DNA of 64,000 nt, taken from assembly GCA_964016885.1 (NCBI GenBank), contig OZ024757.1, positions 8,990,001-9,054,000 of the forward strand, given 5' to 3'. Below are positions 1-15,531 of this stretch, one piece after another. A program made the translations under genes and the position numbers. The stretch comes from Eledone cirrhosa. Lineage: Eukaryota. How positions within the stretch are numbered: position 1 is the first letter of the stretch; every line of letters starts with the position of its first letter. The notes under the pieces are model-generated. The model was not told where the DNA came from. It did no database searches and saw nothing but the letters and a program-made list of their open reading frames with translations.

Positions 1-85
1 AGATATATATATATACATATATATAAACATATTACATATATACATATATATACATATACATATATACATATTCCATATATACATA

Positions 86-121
<36 letters not shown>

Positions 122-287
122 AAGAATTAATATCTAGTAACATATGTATACAGATGCATATCAATGCTAGCAAATATATAGGTTTTCTCTTAGTAACTTT
201 GTGGTTCAATGCATGGGGTTACAGAACAATAATATGAGAGACGTAAAATAAGAAAATTATAAAATTAACTTACTTACTAAAATTTCA

Positions 288-367
288 CTCCCAACTAATT
301 AGTTTCTGAAATGGAATAAATATACTTTCCGACGAAAATATTGAGAATCATTTCGTCGTCAGGGAAG
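288..367 (-). ncRNA. Type I hammerhead ribozyme motif, family A
   Basis: Minus strand: CTTCC-CTGACGA-C-GAAATG..CATTTC-A-GAAA-CTAATTAG-TT-GGGAG (stem I, core, long stem II, palindromic stem III, GUU site). Confidence 0.7.
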
Positions 368-512
368 ACTATTCTCAGCTAAGTGTCCAGGCAAAGCGAG
401 GACTCTGGAAACTTATACAAAAATAATTCAGTGGATAGAAAATAGCAAAGCGTGGACTGGATTCCTAGCCATTGAGAAAATCACTGCCTCTGCGTCGGTG
501 GCTGAGAATAGT

Positions 513-592
513 CTTCCCTGACGAGGAAATGATTCTCTATATTTTCTTCGGAAAGTATATTTATTCCATTTCAGAAACTAATTAGTTGGGAG
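513..592 (+). ncRNA. Type I hammerhead ribozyme motif, family A
   Basis: CTTCC 513-517 pairs with GGGAG 588-592; CTGACGA 518-524; GAAATG/CATTTC stem II with inner hairpin ATATTTTC-TTCG-GAAAGTAT; GAAA 574-577; predicted cleavage after GTT 587. Confidence 0.72.
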
Positions 593-638
593 TGAAATTT
601 TAGTAAGTAAGTTAATTTTATAATTTTCTTATTTTACG

Positions 639-738
<100 letters not shown>

Positions 739-942
739 TACATATATATATATATATATTACATATATATATATATATATACATATTACATATATATACA
801 TATATACATATTACATATATATATATACATATATACAGATTACATATATACATATATATACAGATTACATATATACATATATATATATATACATATTACA
901 TATATATACATATATATATATATATACATATTACATATATCT

Positions 943-1058
<116 letters not shown>

Positions 1059-1082
1059 CATATTACATATATATATACATAT

Positions 1083-1123
<41 letters not shown>

Positions 1124-2034
1124 TACATATATACACATATATACATATTACATATATACATATTACATATATATACATATAGATATACATATTACATATA
1201 TACATATATACATATTACATATATACATATATAAATATTACATATATATATATATATATACATATAACATATATATATATATAAATATTACATATATATA
1301 TATATACATATTACATATATATATATACATATTACATATATATATATATACATATTACATATATATATATACACATTACATATATATATATATACAAATT
1401 ACATATATATATATACATATTACATATATATATACATATTACATATATATATACATATTACATATATATATACATATTACATATATATATATATACATAT
1501 TACATATATATATATACATATTACATATATATATGTATACATATTACATATATATATATATACATATTACATATATATACATATTACAGATATATATATA
1601 TACACATATTACATATATATATACATGTAATATATATATATACATATTACATATATATATATACATATTACATATATATATATACATATTACATATATAT
1701 ATATACATATTACATATATATATATTACATATATATATATACATATTACATATATTTATATATATATATTTATATATATATATATATAAATATTACATAT
1801 ATTTATATATATATATATTTACATATATATATATATATATACATATTACATATATATATATATATACATATTACATATATCTATATACATATTACATATA
1901 TATATATATACATATTACATATATACATATATATATATTACATATATATACACATATTACATTTATACATATATACATATATATATATACACATATTACA
2001 TATATACATATTACATATATACACATATACATAT

Positions 2035-2070
<36 letters not shown>

Positions 2071-2249
2071 CATATAAACATATTTCATATATACATATAT
2101 ATACAAATACATAAACATATTACATATATACAAATATATACATATATATAGAGAGATATATATATACATATATATAAACATATTACATATATACATATAT
2201 ATACATATATATATATACATATTCCATATATACATATATATATATATAT

Positions 2250-2767
2250 AAAGAATTAATATCTAGTAACATATGTATACAGATGCATATCAATGCTAGC
2301 AAATATATAGGTTTTCTCTTAGTAACTTTGTGGTTCAATGCATGGGGTTACAGAACAATAATATGAGAGACGTAAAATAAGAAAATTATAAAATTAACTT
2401 ACTTACTAAAATTTCACTCCCAACTAATTAGTTTCTGAAATGGAATAAATATACTTTCCGACGAAAATATTGAGAATCATTTCGTCGTCAGGGAAGACTA
2501 TTCTCAGCTAAGTGTCCAGGCAAAGCGAGGACTCTGGAAACTTATACAAAAATAATTCAGTGGATAGAAAATAGCAAAGCGTGGACTGGATTCCTAGCCA
2601 TTGAGAAAATCACTGCCTCTGCGTCGGTGGCTGAGAATAGTCTTCCCTGACGAGGAAATGATTCTTTATATTTTCTTCGGAAAGTATATTTATTCCATTT
2701 CAGAAACTAATTAGTTGGGAGTGAAATTTTAGTAAGTAAGTTAATTTTATAATTTTCTTATTTTACG

Positions 2768-2777
<10 letters not shown>
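2250..2777. mobile_element. Near-identical duplicate of the family A element at 121-648 (hammerheads at 2417-2496 minus and 2642-2721 plus)
   Basis: Offset of 2129 bp; part of a local tandem duplication that includes the microsatellite mosaic. Confidence 0.75.
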
Positions 2778-2865
<88 letters not shown>

Positions 2866-3077
2866 TACATATATATATATATATATATTACATATATATA
2901 TATATATATACATATTACATATATATACATATATACATATTACATATATATATATACATATATACAGATTACATATATACATATATATATATATACAGAT
3001 TACATATATACATATATATATATATACATATTACATATATATACATATATATATATATATACATATTACATATATCT

Positions 3078-3178
<101 letters not shown>

Positions 3179-3197
3179 TACATATATATATACATAT

Positions 3198-3260
<63 letters not shown>

Positions 3261-4148
3261 TACATATATACATATATATACATATTACATATATACATAT
3301 TACATATATATACATATATATATACATATTACATATATACATATATACATATTAGATATATACATATATAAATATTACATATATATATATATATATACAT
3401 ATAACATATATATATATATAAATATTACATATATATATATATACATATTACATATATATATATACATATTACATATATATATATATACATATTACATATA
3501 TATATATACACATTACATATATATATATATACATATTACATATATATATATACATATTACATATATATATACATATTACATATATATATACATATTACAT
3601 ATATATATACATATTACATATATATATATATACATATTACATATATATATATACATATTACATATATATATGTATACATATTACATATATATATATATAC
3701 ATATTACATATATATACATATTACAGATATATATATATAAACATATTACATATATATATACATGTAATATATATATATACATATTACATATATATATATA
3801 CATATTACATATATATATATACATATTACATATATATATATTACATATATATATATACATATTACATATATTTATATATATATATTTATATATATATATA
3901 TATAAATATTACATATATTTATATATATATATTTACATATATATATATATATATACATATTACATATATATATATATATACATATTACATATATATATAT
4001 ACATATTACATATATATATATATACATATTACATATATACATATATATATATTACATATATATACACATATTACATTTATACATATATACATATATATAT
4101 ATACACATATTACATATATACATATTACATATATACACATATACATAT

Positions 4149-4184
<36 letters not shown>

Positions 4185-4287
4185 CATATAAACATATTTC
4201 ATATATACATATATATACAAATACATAAACATATTACATATATACATATATATACATATATATATATAAATAGATATATACATATAT

Positions 4288-5010
<723 letters not shown>

Positions 5011-5101
5011 TATATATATACATATATACATATATATATATATATACATATATTAAGAGAGTAAAACAAAGAAGCCTTCAATACATCAAAAGTCTTTATT
5101 A

Positions 5102-5139
5102 GCCGACAATGTTTCGTCCTATTAAGGACTCATCAGGGC
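5102..5139 (-). ncRNA. Minimal type I hammerhead ribozyme (canonical core)
   Basis: Minus strand: GCC-CTGATGA-GTCCT-TAAT-AGGAC-GAAA-C-ATT-GTC-GGC, followed by AATAAA. Confidence 0.9.
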
Positions 5140-5233
5140 AATTAAAACAACAAGAAGTAATATCGATATATATACATATATAAATATTACATAAATACAT
5201 ACATTCATATTACATATATATATATATACATAT

Positions 5234-5276
<43 letters not shown>

Positions 5277-6570
5277 TACTTTTTTATATATATACATATT
5301 ACATATATATATATACATATTATATATATATAAAGATATACATATTACATATATATATATTACATATATATATATATACATATTATATATATATATATAT
5401 ATATACATATTACACACATACATATATATATATACATACATATTACATATATATATACATATATACATATTACATATATATATATATACATATATACATA
5501 TTACATATATATATATACATATATACATATTAAATATATACATATATATATATACATATTACATATATATATATATACATATATAGATATATATATAGAT
5601 ATACATATTACATATATATATACATATATACATATATATATACATATATACATATTACGTATATATATATATACATATATACATATATACATATATATAT
5701 ATATACATATATACATATATATATATATATACATATATACATATATATATACATATATACATATTACATATATATACATATTACATATATATACATATTA
5801 CATTATATATATACATATTACTTATATATACATATATACATATTACATATATATATATACATATTACATATATATACATATTACATATATATATATATAA
5901 TATTACATATATATACATATACATATTACATATATACATATTACATATATATACATATATACATATTACATATATATACATATACATATTACATATATAT
6001 ACATATACATATTACATATATATACATATATACATATATATACATATATACATATTACATATATACATATATACATATTACATATATATATACATATTAT
6101 ATATATATATACATATTACTTTTTTATATATATACATATTACATATATATATATATATATTATATATATATATACATATTACATATATATATACATATTA
6201 CATATATATATATATATTACATATATATATATATACATATTACATATATATATATATATACATATTACACATATATATATCTATACATACATATTACATA
6301 TATATATACATATATACATATTACATATTTATATATATACATATATACATATTAAATATATACATATATATATATATATATACATATTACATATATATAT
6401 ATATATGCATATATACTTATATATATAGATATACATATTATATATATATATATACATATATATATATACATATATACATATTACGTATATATATATACAT
6501 ATATACATATATATATATATACATATATACATATATATATACATATATACACATATATACATATTACATA

Positions 6571-6602
<32 letters not shown>

Positions 6603-7116
6603 CATATATACATATTACATATATATACATATACATATTACATATATATACATATATACATATATATACATATATACATATATATACATATATACATATT
6701 ACATATATACATATATACATATTACATATATATATACATATTACATATATATATATATATATATATACATATTACTTTTTTATATATATACATATTACAT
6801 ATATATATATATACATATTATATATATATAAATATATACATATTACATATATATATATATATATTACATATATATATATATACATGTTACATATATATAT
6901 ATATATATATACATATTACACATATATATATATCTATAAATACATATTACATATATATATACATATATACATATTACATATATATATATATATATACATA
7001 TTACTTTTTTATATATATACATATTACATATATATATATACATATTATATATATATAAATATATACATATTACATATATATATATATACATGTTACATAT
7101 ATATATATATATATAT

Positions 7117-7172
7117 AGTTTTAATATAGATGAGATTCTACAGGACTGTAGAATCTCATCTATATTAAAACT
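7117..7172. repeat. Perfect palindrome, 27-bp arms with 2-nt spacer
   Basis: AGTTTTAATATAGATGAGATTCTACAG-GA-CTGTAGAATCTCATCTATATTAAAACT. Confidence 0.95.
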
Positions 7173-7238
7173 GTTATACTCTGCTATGTATTGAGTACCT
7201 TACTTACTGTGGTTACCTCCGATTCAACCCGGAATAAC

Positions 7239-7328
<90 letters not shown>

Positions 7329-8038
7329 TACACATATATATATCTATAAATACATATTATATATATACATATATACATATTACATATATATATATACATA
7401 TATACATATTACATATATATATATACATATATACATATTAAATATATTCATATATATATATATATATACATATTACATATATATATATATACATATATAT
7501 ATAGATATACATATTACATATATATATATACATATATACATATATATATACATATATACATATTACGTATATATATACATATATACATATATACATATAT
7601 ATATATATACATATATACATATATATATATACATATATACATATATATATAAATATATACATATTACACATATATACATATTACATATAGATATATATAT
7701 TACATTATATATATACATATTACATATATCAACATATATACATATTACATATATATATATATATATACATATTACATATATATACATATTACATATATAT
7801 ATATATACATATTACATATATATACATATACATATTACATATATATACATATATACATATATATACATATATACATATTACATATGTATACATATATACA
7901 TATTACATATATATACATATACATATTACATATATATACATATACATATTACATATATATACATATATACATATATATACATATATACATATTACATATA
8001 TACATATATACATATTACATATATATATATATACATAT

Positions 8039-8091
<53 letters not shown>

Positions 8092-8673
8092 GATGTAAAA
8101 TAAGAAAATGATAAAATTAACTTACTTACTAATATTTTCACTTCCTCTCATCTAAGTATCCAGGCAAAGCGGGGACTCTGGAAAGTTATTCAAAAATAAT
8201 TCAGTGGATAGAAAATAGCAAAGCGTGGACTGAATTCCTAGCCATTGGGAAAATCATTTATAATTTTCTTATTTTACGTCGCTCATATTATTGTTCTGCA
8301 ACCCCGTGCATTGAACCACAATGTAAATAAGAGAAAACCTATATATTTGCTAGCATTGATATGCATCTGTATGTATATATATGTTACTAGATATTAATTC
8401 TTTATAAGTATCTCCAAATTATTTGTCGAGCAATATTGGCCATGACTGCTGCTATGGTAGCAGGCAGGCCGCTGTCTTATTAGCAAACCACTTGCCACTG
8501 ATTGACCTCGATGTCACGTGATTGATTCTTTTTGAATTTGCCACCGACGCAGAGGCAGTGATTTTCTCAATGGCTAGGAATTCAGTCTACGCTTTGCTAT
8601 TTTCTATCCACTGAATTATTTTTTAATAAGTTTCCAGTGTCCACGCTTTGCCTGGATACTTAGATGAGAATAG

Positions 8674-8755
8674 ACTTCCCTGTCGACGGAATGCTTCTCA
8701 GTATCTTCTCCGGAAAATATATTTATTCCATTCCAGAAACTAATTAGTTGGAAGT
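8674..8755 (+). ncRNA. Family A hammerhead with mutated core (CTGTCGA)
   Basis: ACTTCC/GGAAGT stem I, GGAATG/CATTCC stem II, GAAACTAATTAGTT. Confidence 0.65.
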
Positions 8756-9169
8756 GATATTTTAGTAAGTAAGTTAATTCTCATATTATTGTTCTGCAAC
8801 CCCATGCATTGAACCACAAAGTTACTAAGACATAACCTATATATTTGCTAGCATTGATATGCATCTGTATGTATATATGTTACTAGATATTAATTCTTCA
8901 TAATTATCTCAAAATTATTTGTCGAGCAATATTGGCCATGACTGCTGCTATGGTAGCAGGCAGGCCGCTGTCTTATTAGCAAACCACTTTCCACTGATTG
9001 ACCTCGATGTCACGTGATTGATTCTTTTTGAATTTGCCACCGACGCAGAGGCAGTGATTTTCTCAATGACTAGGAATTCAGTCCACGTTTTGCTATTTTC
9101 TATCCATTGAATTATTTATTAGTAAGTTTCCAGTGTTCAAGCTTTGCCTGGATACTTAGATGAGAATAG

Positions 9170-9251
9170 ACTTTCCTGACGACGGAATGCTTCTCAGTAT
9201 TTTCTTCGAAAAATATATTTATTCTATTCCACAAACTAATTAGTTGGAAGT
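9170..9251 (+). ncRNA. Family A hammerhead with GAAA mutated to CAAA
   Basis: ACTTTC/GGAAGT stem I, CTGACGA, GGAATG/TATTCC stem II. Confidence 0.6.
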
Positions 9252-9419
9252 GATATTTTAGTAAGTAAGTTAATTTTATAATTTTCTTATTTTACGTCTC
9301 TCATATTATTGTTCTGCAACCCCATGCATTGAACCACAAAGTTACTAAGACAAAACCTATATATTTGCTAGCATTGATATGCATCTGTACGTATATATGT
9401 TACTAGATATTAATTCTTT

Positions 9420-9799
<380 letters not shown>

Positions 9800-9800
<1 letters not shown>

Positions 9801-10270
9801 TAAAACTGAGGTTGTCTGTCTGTCTGTCTGTGGGTCTGTCTGCCTGTCCGTCTGTCTGTGTGTCTATCTGTCTACTAAATCCGTCGGCACACATCTCCTC
9901 TTAAACCGTACGTTCAAATTTCGGTGAAATTGCTACACTCATAGATGAAGGTCCAGCGGAAACATCGGTCAAAAAAATATTCAAATCGACTCACGCCAAA
10001 TGCAAAAATCGAATTTGTAATATATTGATTTTTCAGTTCAAATGTATAAATAGAGATGCGAGACGAGTTATTTCCCTTTTCTGGCGTCACTTTCTTATCT
10101 CTTTATGTTACGTTATAAACGACGCGGTGGACCGAAGAACAATTTCATGCAAAGACGAGACCAAGTTTATGGTGTAAATGGAGTCGTTAGATTAATATTC
10201 TATTTAAAATAACCGAATGATTTCCAGCCCCGGAGTTTAAGAATGATGTAAATAAAATTTTAAACGAAAA
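9800..10270 (+). mobile_element. Probable 5' part of a non-autonomous Helitron
   Basis: TATATAAAACTGAGGTT followed by (GTCT)n, typical of non-autonomous Helitron 5' ends; no 3' end identified. Confidence 0.4.
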
Positions 10271-10294
10271 TGCCAGAGGTTATTAAAATAGTTG

Positions 10295-10360
10295 TTACTA
10301 CTTTTGGCATTACTGGTACTTTATTTATCGACCCCGTAAGGATGAAAGGCAAAGTTAACA
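10295..10360 (-). mobile_element. Nin/Deu-domain SINE fragment (another at 11431-11498)
   Basis: Matches GCCTTTCATCCTTACGGGGTCGATAAA..AGTACCAG of the fuller copies. Confidence 0.7.
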
Positions 10361-11584
10361 ATATTTCAGCGCATCAGCCTCGCCATCACCCGAGGCTACG
10401 CTGCCAGTGTGCTGGCTTGCCTCAAAATTAGAGAGGTTGCTCTGATCAGAGCAAATATCACGGACGCTCTATCTCAAAATTATTTTTGAAAAGCATTAGA
10501 AATGCGCAACCAGTAAAACTTAAAACCAAAACTGAATACTACCCAATACAATTACTAATTCTCACTTATTCCTAATTAAACTATTTTTCACTGTGAACAA
10601 TTTGTCAGCATTTTCTATTCCGTTTACCAATACATAATAACTTGTGTGTTACACGTCTATTCTTTTAAATATATATATATATTACTGTTGTGCGATAATG
10701 TGGTTTTTATTGGTTGTAACTTCTCTGTTTTTTAGCCTCAGAAAATATATATATGCCTATGTATATAATTACATGCATACATTTATTTTTTTAAATGAAT
10801 TGAGTTCTTTACACGAGGAATTGATATTAGTTTTGAAATAACTAATTAACCCGCGTGTGTTTTATATTTTACCCTTAATTCGACCGGAGATTTACATTCC
10901 CATTTGCACTTTAAAGCATAACATTCCGTATTTACTACGGTCACGAGATGCGGTTTCTCATTCAGGTACAACCTCTGATTTTAGCCTAAGAAAATATCTA
11001 TATGCGTGTGTAATTTATACACGCAAATATTTATTTTTTTAATTTCAATTGAGTTCTTAACACGTTGGATTGATAATGTTTTCGAAAAACTGATTAACCC
11101 GCGTGTATATTATGTTTTTCCTCCTTTTGAGGATCGTAGTTGTCTCCCCTTCCCGCTTAGTGACGCTATAATACTTCCTCAGTCAAAAACTGCTGGAATT
11201 TCAAATTTGCCGGTTATTCGATGCGTGAAGGAGCAACTTAACAGACACGATTTTTAACTGCGGTAAAAATCTTTTTTATACTTATTTTAATTTAATTTTA
11301 TTTTTTTTTATTTTATTTTATTAATACATTTTTACACTTCTTAATCCAATTTTTAGTATTTAAACCCAATATAGAATAATATACCCAGTTTCTATATTTT
11401 AGACCTCTAATATTTGAATACCATCTATAATTGTTTCTACTTTTGGCACAAGGCTAGCAATTAACCAGTGCATTACTGGTACTTTATTTTATCGACCCCT
11501 TTATTTTATCGCACATACACCTCTTCAATTTACTTTTTAACCGTTATTTACAGCTTGTTTCATTTTGACAGTGTACCTGATCCA

Positions 11585-11587
<3 letters not shown>

Positions 11588-11650
<63 letters not shown>
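11588..11650. repeat. (CT)n microsatellite; a (GT)n tract lies at 11925-11967
   Basis: Direct inspection. Confidence 0.95.
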
Positions 11651-11653
<3 letters not shown>

Positions 11654-11817
11654 CTTTCTTTTTCCTTTGTTTTCCCTCTCCTCTCTTTCTTTTTCCTTTT
11701 TTTCCTTCTTTCCTTCTATTTTCCTATCTTTTTCTTTCTCTTATATTTCTGTCATATGTAGACTTGACACTTTCCTGTTTACAAGTGCGATTAGGCCTGA
11801 TATCATGTTACCTTATT

Positions 11818-11876
11818 TTATCTGATGAGAACACAATTTTTGTCGCAGGATGATGTTGTTTTCGAAATGCGCATAA
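11818..11876 (+). ncRNA. Degenerate hammerhead motif
   Basis: TTAT-CTGATGA-GAACACAA..TTGTTTTC-GAAA-TGCGC-ATAA then AATAAA; cleavage triplet lost. Confidence 0.5.
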
Positions 11877-11922
11877 TAAAGTATATGGAACATTTTTAAC
11901 CATCTTTTAATTTCTTTTTTTA

Positions 11923-11972
<50 letters not shown>

Positions 11973-12792
11973 TCCGAGCTTAATGAGTTTATGTCATTTG
12001 AAATAGAAACAGAAAGTCATTAATATAATGGTACATCTATTTCTTTTTCCTAGGGTTTCTGAATCTAGAGCAATGTGGTAATCATATATAGTGATATCCA
12101 GAATTTGATATTTTGTTATCCTCTCTATTTTTTCTCTTTTCCCTAAATTAGAAATAACAGAGACATTACCATATATACTCAAATATCAACTGATCTAAAT
12201 ATAATCTAAACTCCTATTTTATGCCTGAGAAATGGGCAAAAATCGAAAACCCGTTTATAAGCTGAGGTAGCTAATCAACACATTATGTTTAGATTGTGTG
12301 GTTTGGAAATACTCATGAGTATTAAATATATTTATGAAGTTTTAATATTTTGATGTTTAAAATATTTTAAGTGTCGTTTAAAATATAGTTTTTGTTTCAC
12401 AACTCCATTATGTAATGCATTTTTACCATTTCATTCGTTTTATAGTTTCAACAAGTTTCTCAAACTTTTATTTACTTCTGCCCACTCACATACTGGAAGT
12501 AGTTGAAAGTAAACAATGGAATAAGAGAACCTTGTATAGGAATTCATTGAGTAGAAGTGGGAGAGAGAGTCAGCAAGAAAGAGAGAGAGGAGAGATAGAG
12601 CAAGAAAAAGAGAGGGAGAGATGCAATAAAATCAAATCAGATTTCTATCTAACGCCTTTTAGGGGTGCAGATGAAAACATGTTCATTTTAGTAGACTTGC
12701 TATCAAAGAAAATTATTTTTTCGTAACAAAGCAATTTATTTGTCTCTATTTTCCTCTAATAATATATAACAGAGTTGCCAGTCCACTCAAGG

Positions 12793-12841
12793 ATGCCAGA
12801 CAGTGTTGTTTCAAGATTTGTTAATCTTTCATCAGTGACAC
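12793..12841 (-). ncRNA. Type I hammerhead ribozyme
   Basis: Minus strand: GTGTCA-CTGATGA-AAGATT-AACA-AATCTT-GAAA-CA-ACAC-TG-TC-TGGCAT; GUC site. Confidence 0.85.
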
Positions 12842-12940
12842 ACATTCAATCCATACTGGCATGGAAATAGACTAAAGTCTATATAAAATTTTGCAGGTTG
12901 TTGTTTTAAATGTCCACTTTCCCTCCTAGCAAGAGTTGAC

Positions 12941-12969
<29 letters not shown>

Positions 12970-12986
<17 letters not shown>

Positions 12987-14116
12987 GAATGTCTGTGTAA
13001 ATTCCTAAAACTCGAGAAGTACCCAACCGACCTTTTTAAAATTTACACATACGTTAGTTATATTGCTTGAAGTGCAATAGGCTAAAAAAATGTTAACTTT
13101 TTCTGCCCTAGGCGAAAAACCGCATTTTTAAAGGTATTTTTAGTCTATTTTGAGGCGTTACTTAAAGATAATCCAACCGAATTCCTCGAAATTTGCAGCA
13201 CACATTCGGTAGTCCCCTCCCATTGCTCTGGACAAAAAGATCTCCGATTCCATTAATGGTTTCTAGGAAATTTACGAATTAGCATTGGGCATTATATGCC
13301 TTTTTAATTTTCAATATAAACACTACTTAAACATCGTAAGTAACCTATAATATTTCGTTAAAAAATTTGGTTTATTTAACAGAGGACACAACACTTACTT
13401 ACTTTTAAGCAGGATCATTTTCTTGGGGTTGAGGAAATGAGGAGGACCTTAAAATATTTGTCAGCACCCTGTTGACGCTTCGTACTTTCATCACGCACAA
13501 ATCCGGGCCCTGTGTACGTTGACGTGTTATTGACACCGTAAAACTCACGCCTGTGCTACTTCTACTAAGACCCCTTTTGTTGCACCTACACTGCAGTATG
13601 AACGTCCTGCGCAAGTACGCTGAACAGCGGTTGTGCTAATTCCACAGTGACCCCTTTTGTCGCACATTTGTTGCTGTGTAAACCAGTGCCGCCCAGTGTT
13701 TGTGCTAATTGCACTATGACGCCCTTCTGCTGCAGCTGCGTTGCCACGCGGATTTCGTCATCTCAATATCCCTACTTAATTGTACATCCCTACTTGGTTT
13801 TCACACAATTGACTACGTCGCTCCTTCAGACTGACGTGTGTTCCCCAACTGTGACGTAATTTGTGAACAGACTTACGACATACATCGCCCTACAACACTT
13901 ACTTACTCTTTTGGCATACAGGATTTCCGCAATCAGCTCACTGACACCGCTACTACTGGATTCTGCCTGCTGGTGTTCTACGTTTCCAGTAGATGAACAA
14001 TCATTCCCTGAGAATAAATGAATTCAAAAAGTATACAGCTACATTCCTCAATCTTTGCATATGCGTGTTGCTATTTCATGTTTCCTACCCCGTGCTACGC
14101 CGGGTCCTGCTGCTAG
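12970..14116 (+). mobile_element. Non-autonomous Helitron
   Basis: 3' hairpin CCCG-TGCTACGC-CGGG (14089-14104) then CTAG|T; 5' region shares CCTAAAACT..ACCCAACCGA with the mini-Helitron at 26693. Confidence 0.7.
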
Positions 14117-14696
14117 TAATAATTAAATATATGCATACACACATTTATACACGTGCATATGCGAAAACTCACGCCATGCATGCATATACATGCACGTACA
14201 CATAAACACGCGCACACGGACCTAAACCGGGGCGACACATATACCTGCACACGAACGTATACACCAAATACATATATAAATATATGTTTGTTTGTGTGTG
14301 TGTATATATATATAATTATATACACATATATAAATATACACGCATAAATGCGTATAGAACGCACACTCACACATACCTACAGGTAAATACACATATGTTC
14401 ACCAAACATACATATACCAAAACCTTATGTACACATATACACACCATACATACGTGCAAACACACAGACACACTCATACATACCCATATATATACATACA
14501 TACATATATGTGTGTGTGTATATATATACTCGTATATATTAAATACGATTGGACCTGTGTCTGAAGGTATTAAATTATATCAGGGACTTTTAAATAATGA
14601 CACCGTTAAGAGAGTTGAAACATTCTCAACGACACCGCGTACCTGCTGTCTTCATTATAACTTTAATTAATCAAATTATATCTTGTGTAACAATTT

Positions 14697-14731
<35 letters not shown>

Positions 14732-14800
14732 TAATTCCCCGACATCAGTCTTACACTGTCATATCTATTCTTACTTTACAATTGTGTCTACTAAGAGTTC

Positions 14801-14857
14801 CATTACAATCTGTAGTAGTAAAACTACGATTTCACCAGAACATCTGCTATCAGTCAT
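14801..14857 (+). promoter_or_regulatory. 57-bp motif, possible ZNF-gene promoter element; recurs inverted at 57852-57908
   Basis: 55/57 identity between the copies; contains ACTACGATTTCACCAGAA resembling a ZNF143/SBS site; candidate splice donor AG|GTAAGT at 15127. Confidence 0.35.
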
Positions 14858-15531
14858 TTATAGACAATATATATATTTTAGACCACATATCAACCTAATA
14901 TATATATATTTCCTATCTAATCTGTAGCTAAAGACATAAAGTCAGCCTCACTACTTCATTCTGACAAGATATCAATTTATGACTAAAGATGAAGAAGATA
15001 CACCAACGTTAATGTCGTGAAATAAAGCTGATAACATTGAAACTTCTAATTTGATAACAAAGAGATTATTTCTTTGGTTGTTTAGTAACAACTAACAACA
15101 CAACACATTGATTACATGTGAAGGAGGTAAGTTGACAAAGATTTACTTAATGTCTATATTAATGTGTGTAAATAATATAATTATGTGAAACCTACAACGA
15201 TCCAGTAATTAACCAGATTCCACTGTTACATGTGATATAAAATATATTGTTATCATGACTGTCTTTATTATTTAAATTACCTCCGGCTATTTAATTAACT
15301 TGTTCACTACCTTACATTATAAAATATAGTTTATATTTAGCTGTACCTTGTCATTGCTTTAAGTAAGTTAAAGATATCTTTATTATTTAAATTACCTCCG
15401 TCTATTTAATTATGTGGTTCACTACCTTACATTATAAAATATAGTTTATATTTAGCTGTACCTTGTTGTTGTTTCAGGGAAGTTTTGTTCGTTTTGGTCT
15501 AAATCTATCTTGATTTAATTCACTTCATCTA

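Noticed and set aside
13400-13920. Captured coding fragment inside the non-autonomous Helitron
   Set aside because: GC-richer, but no recognisable motif in any frame; needs BLASTX
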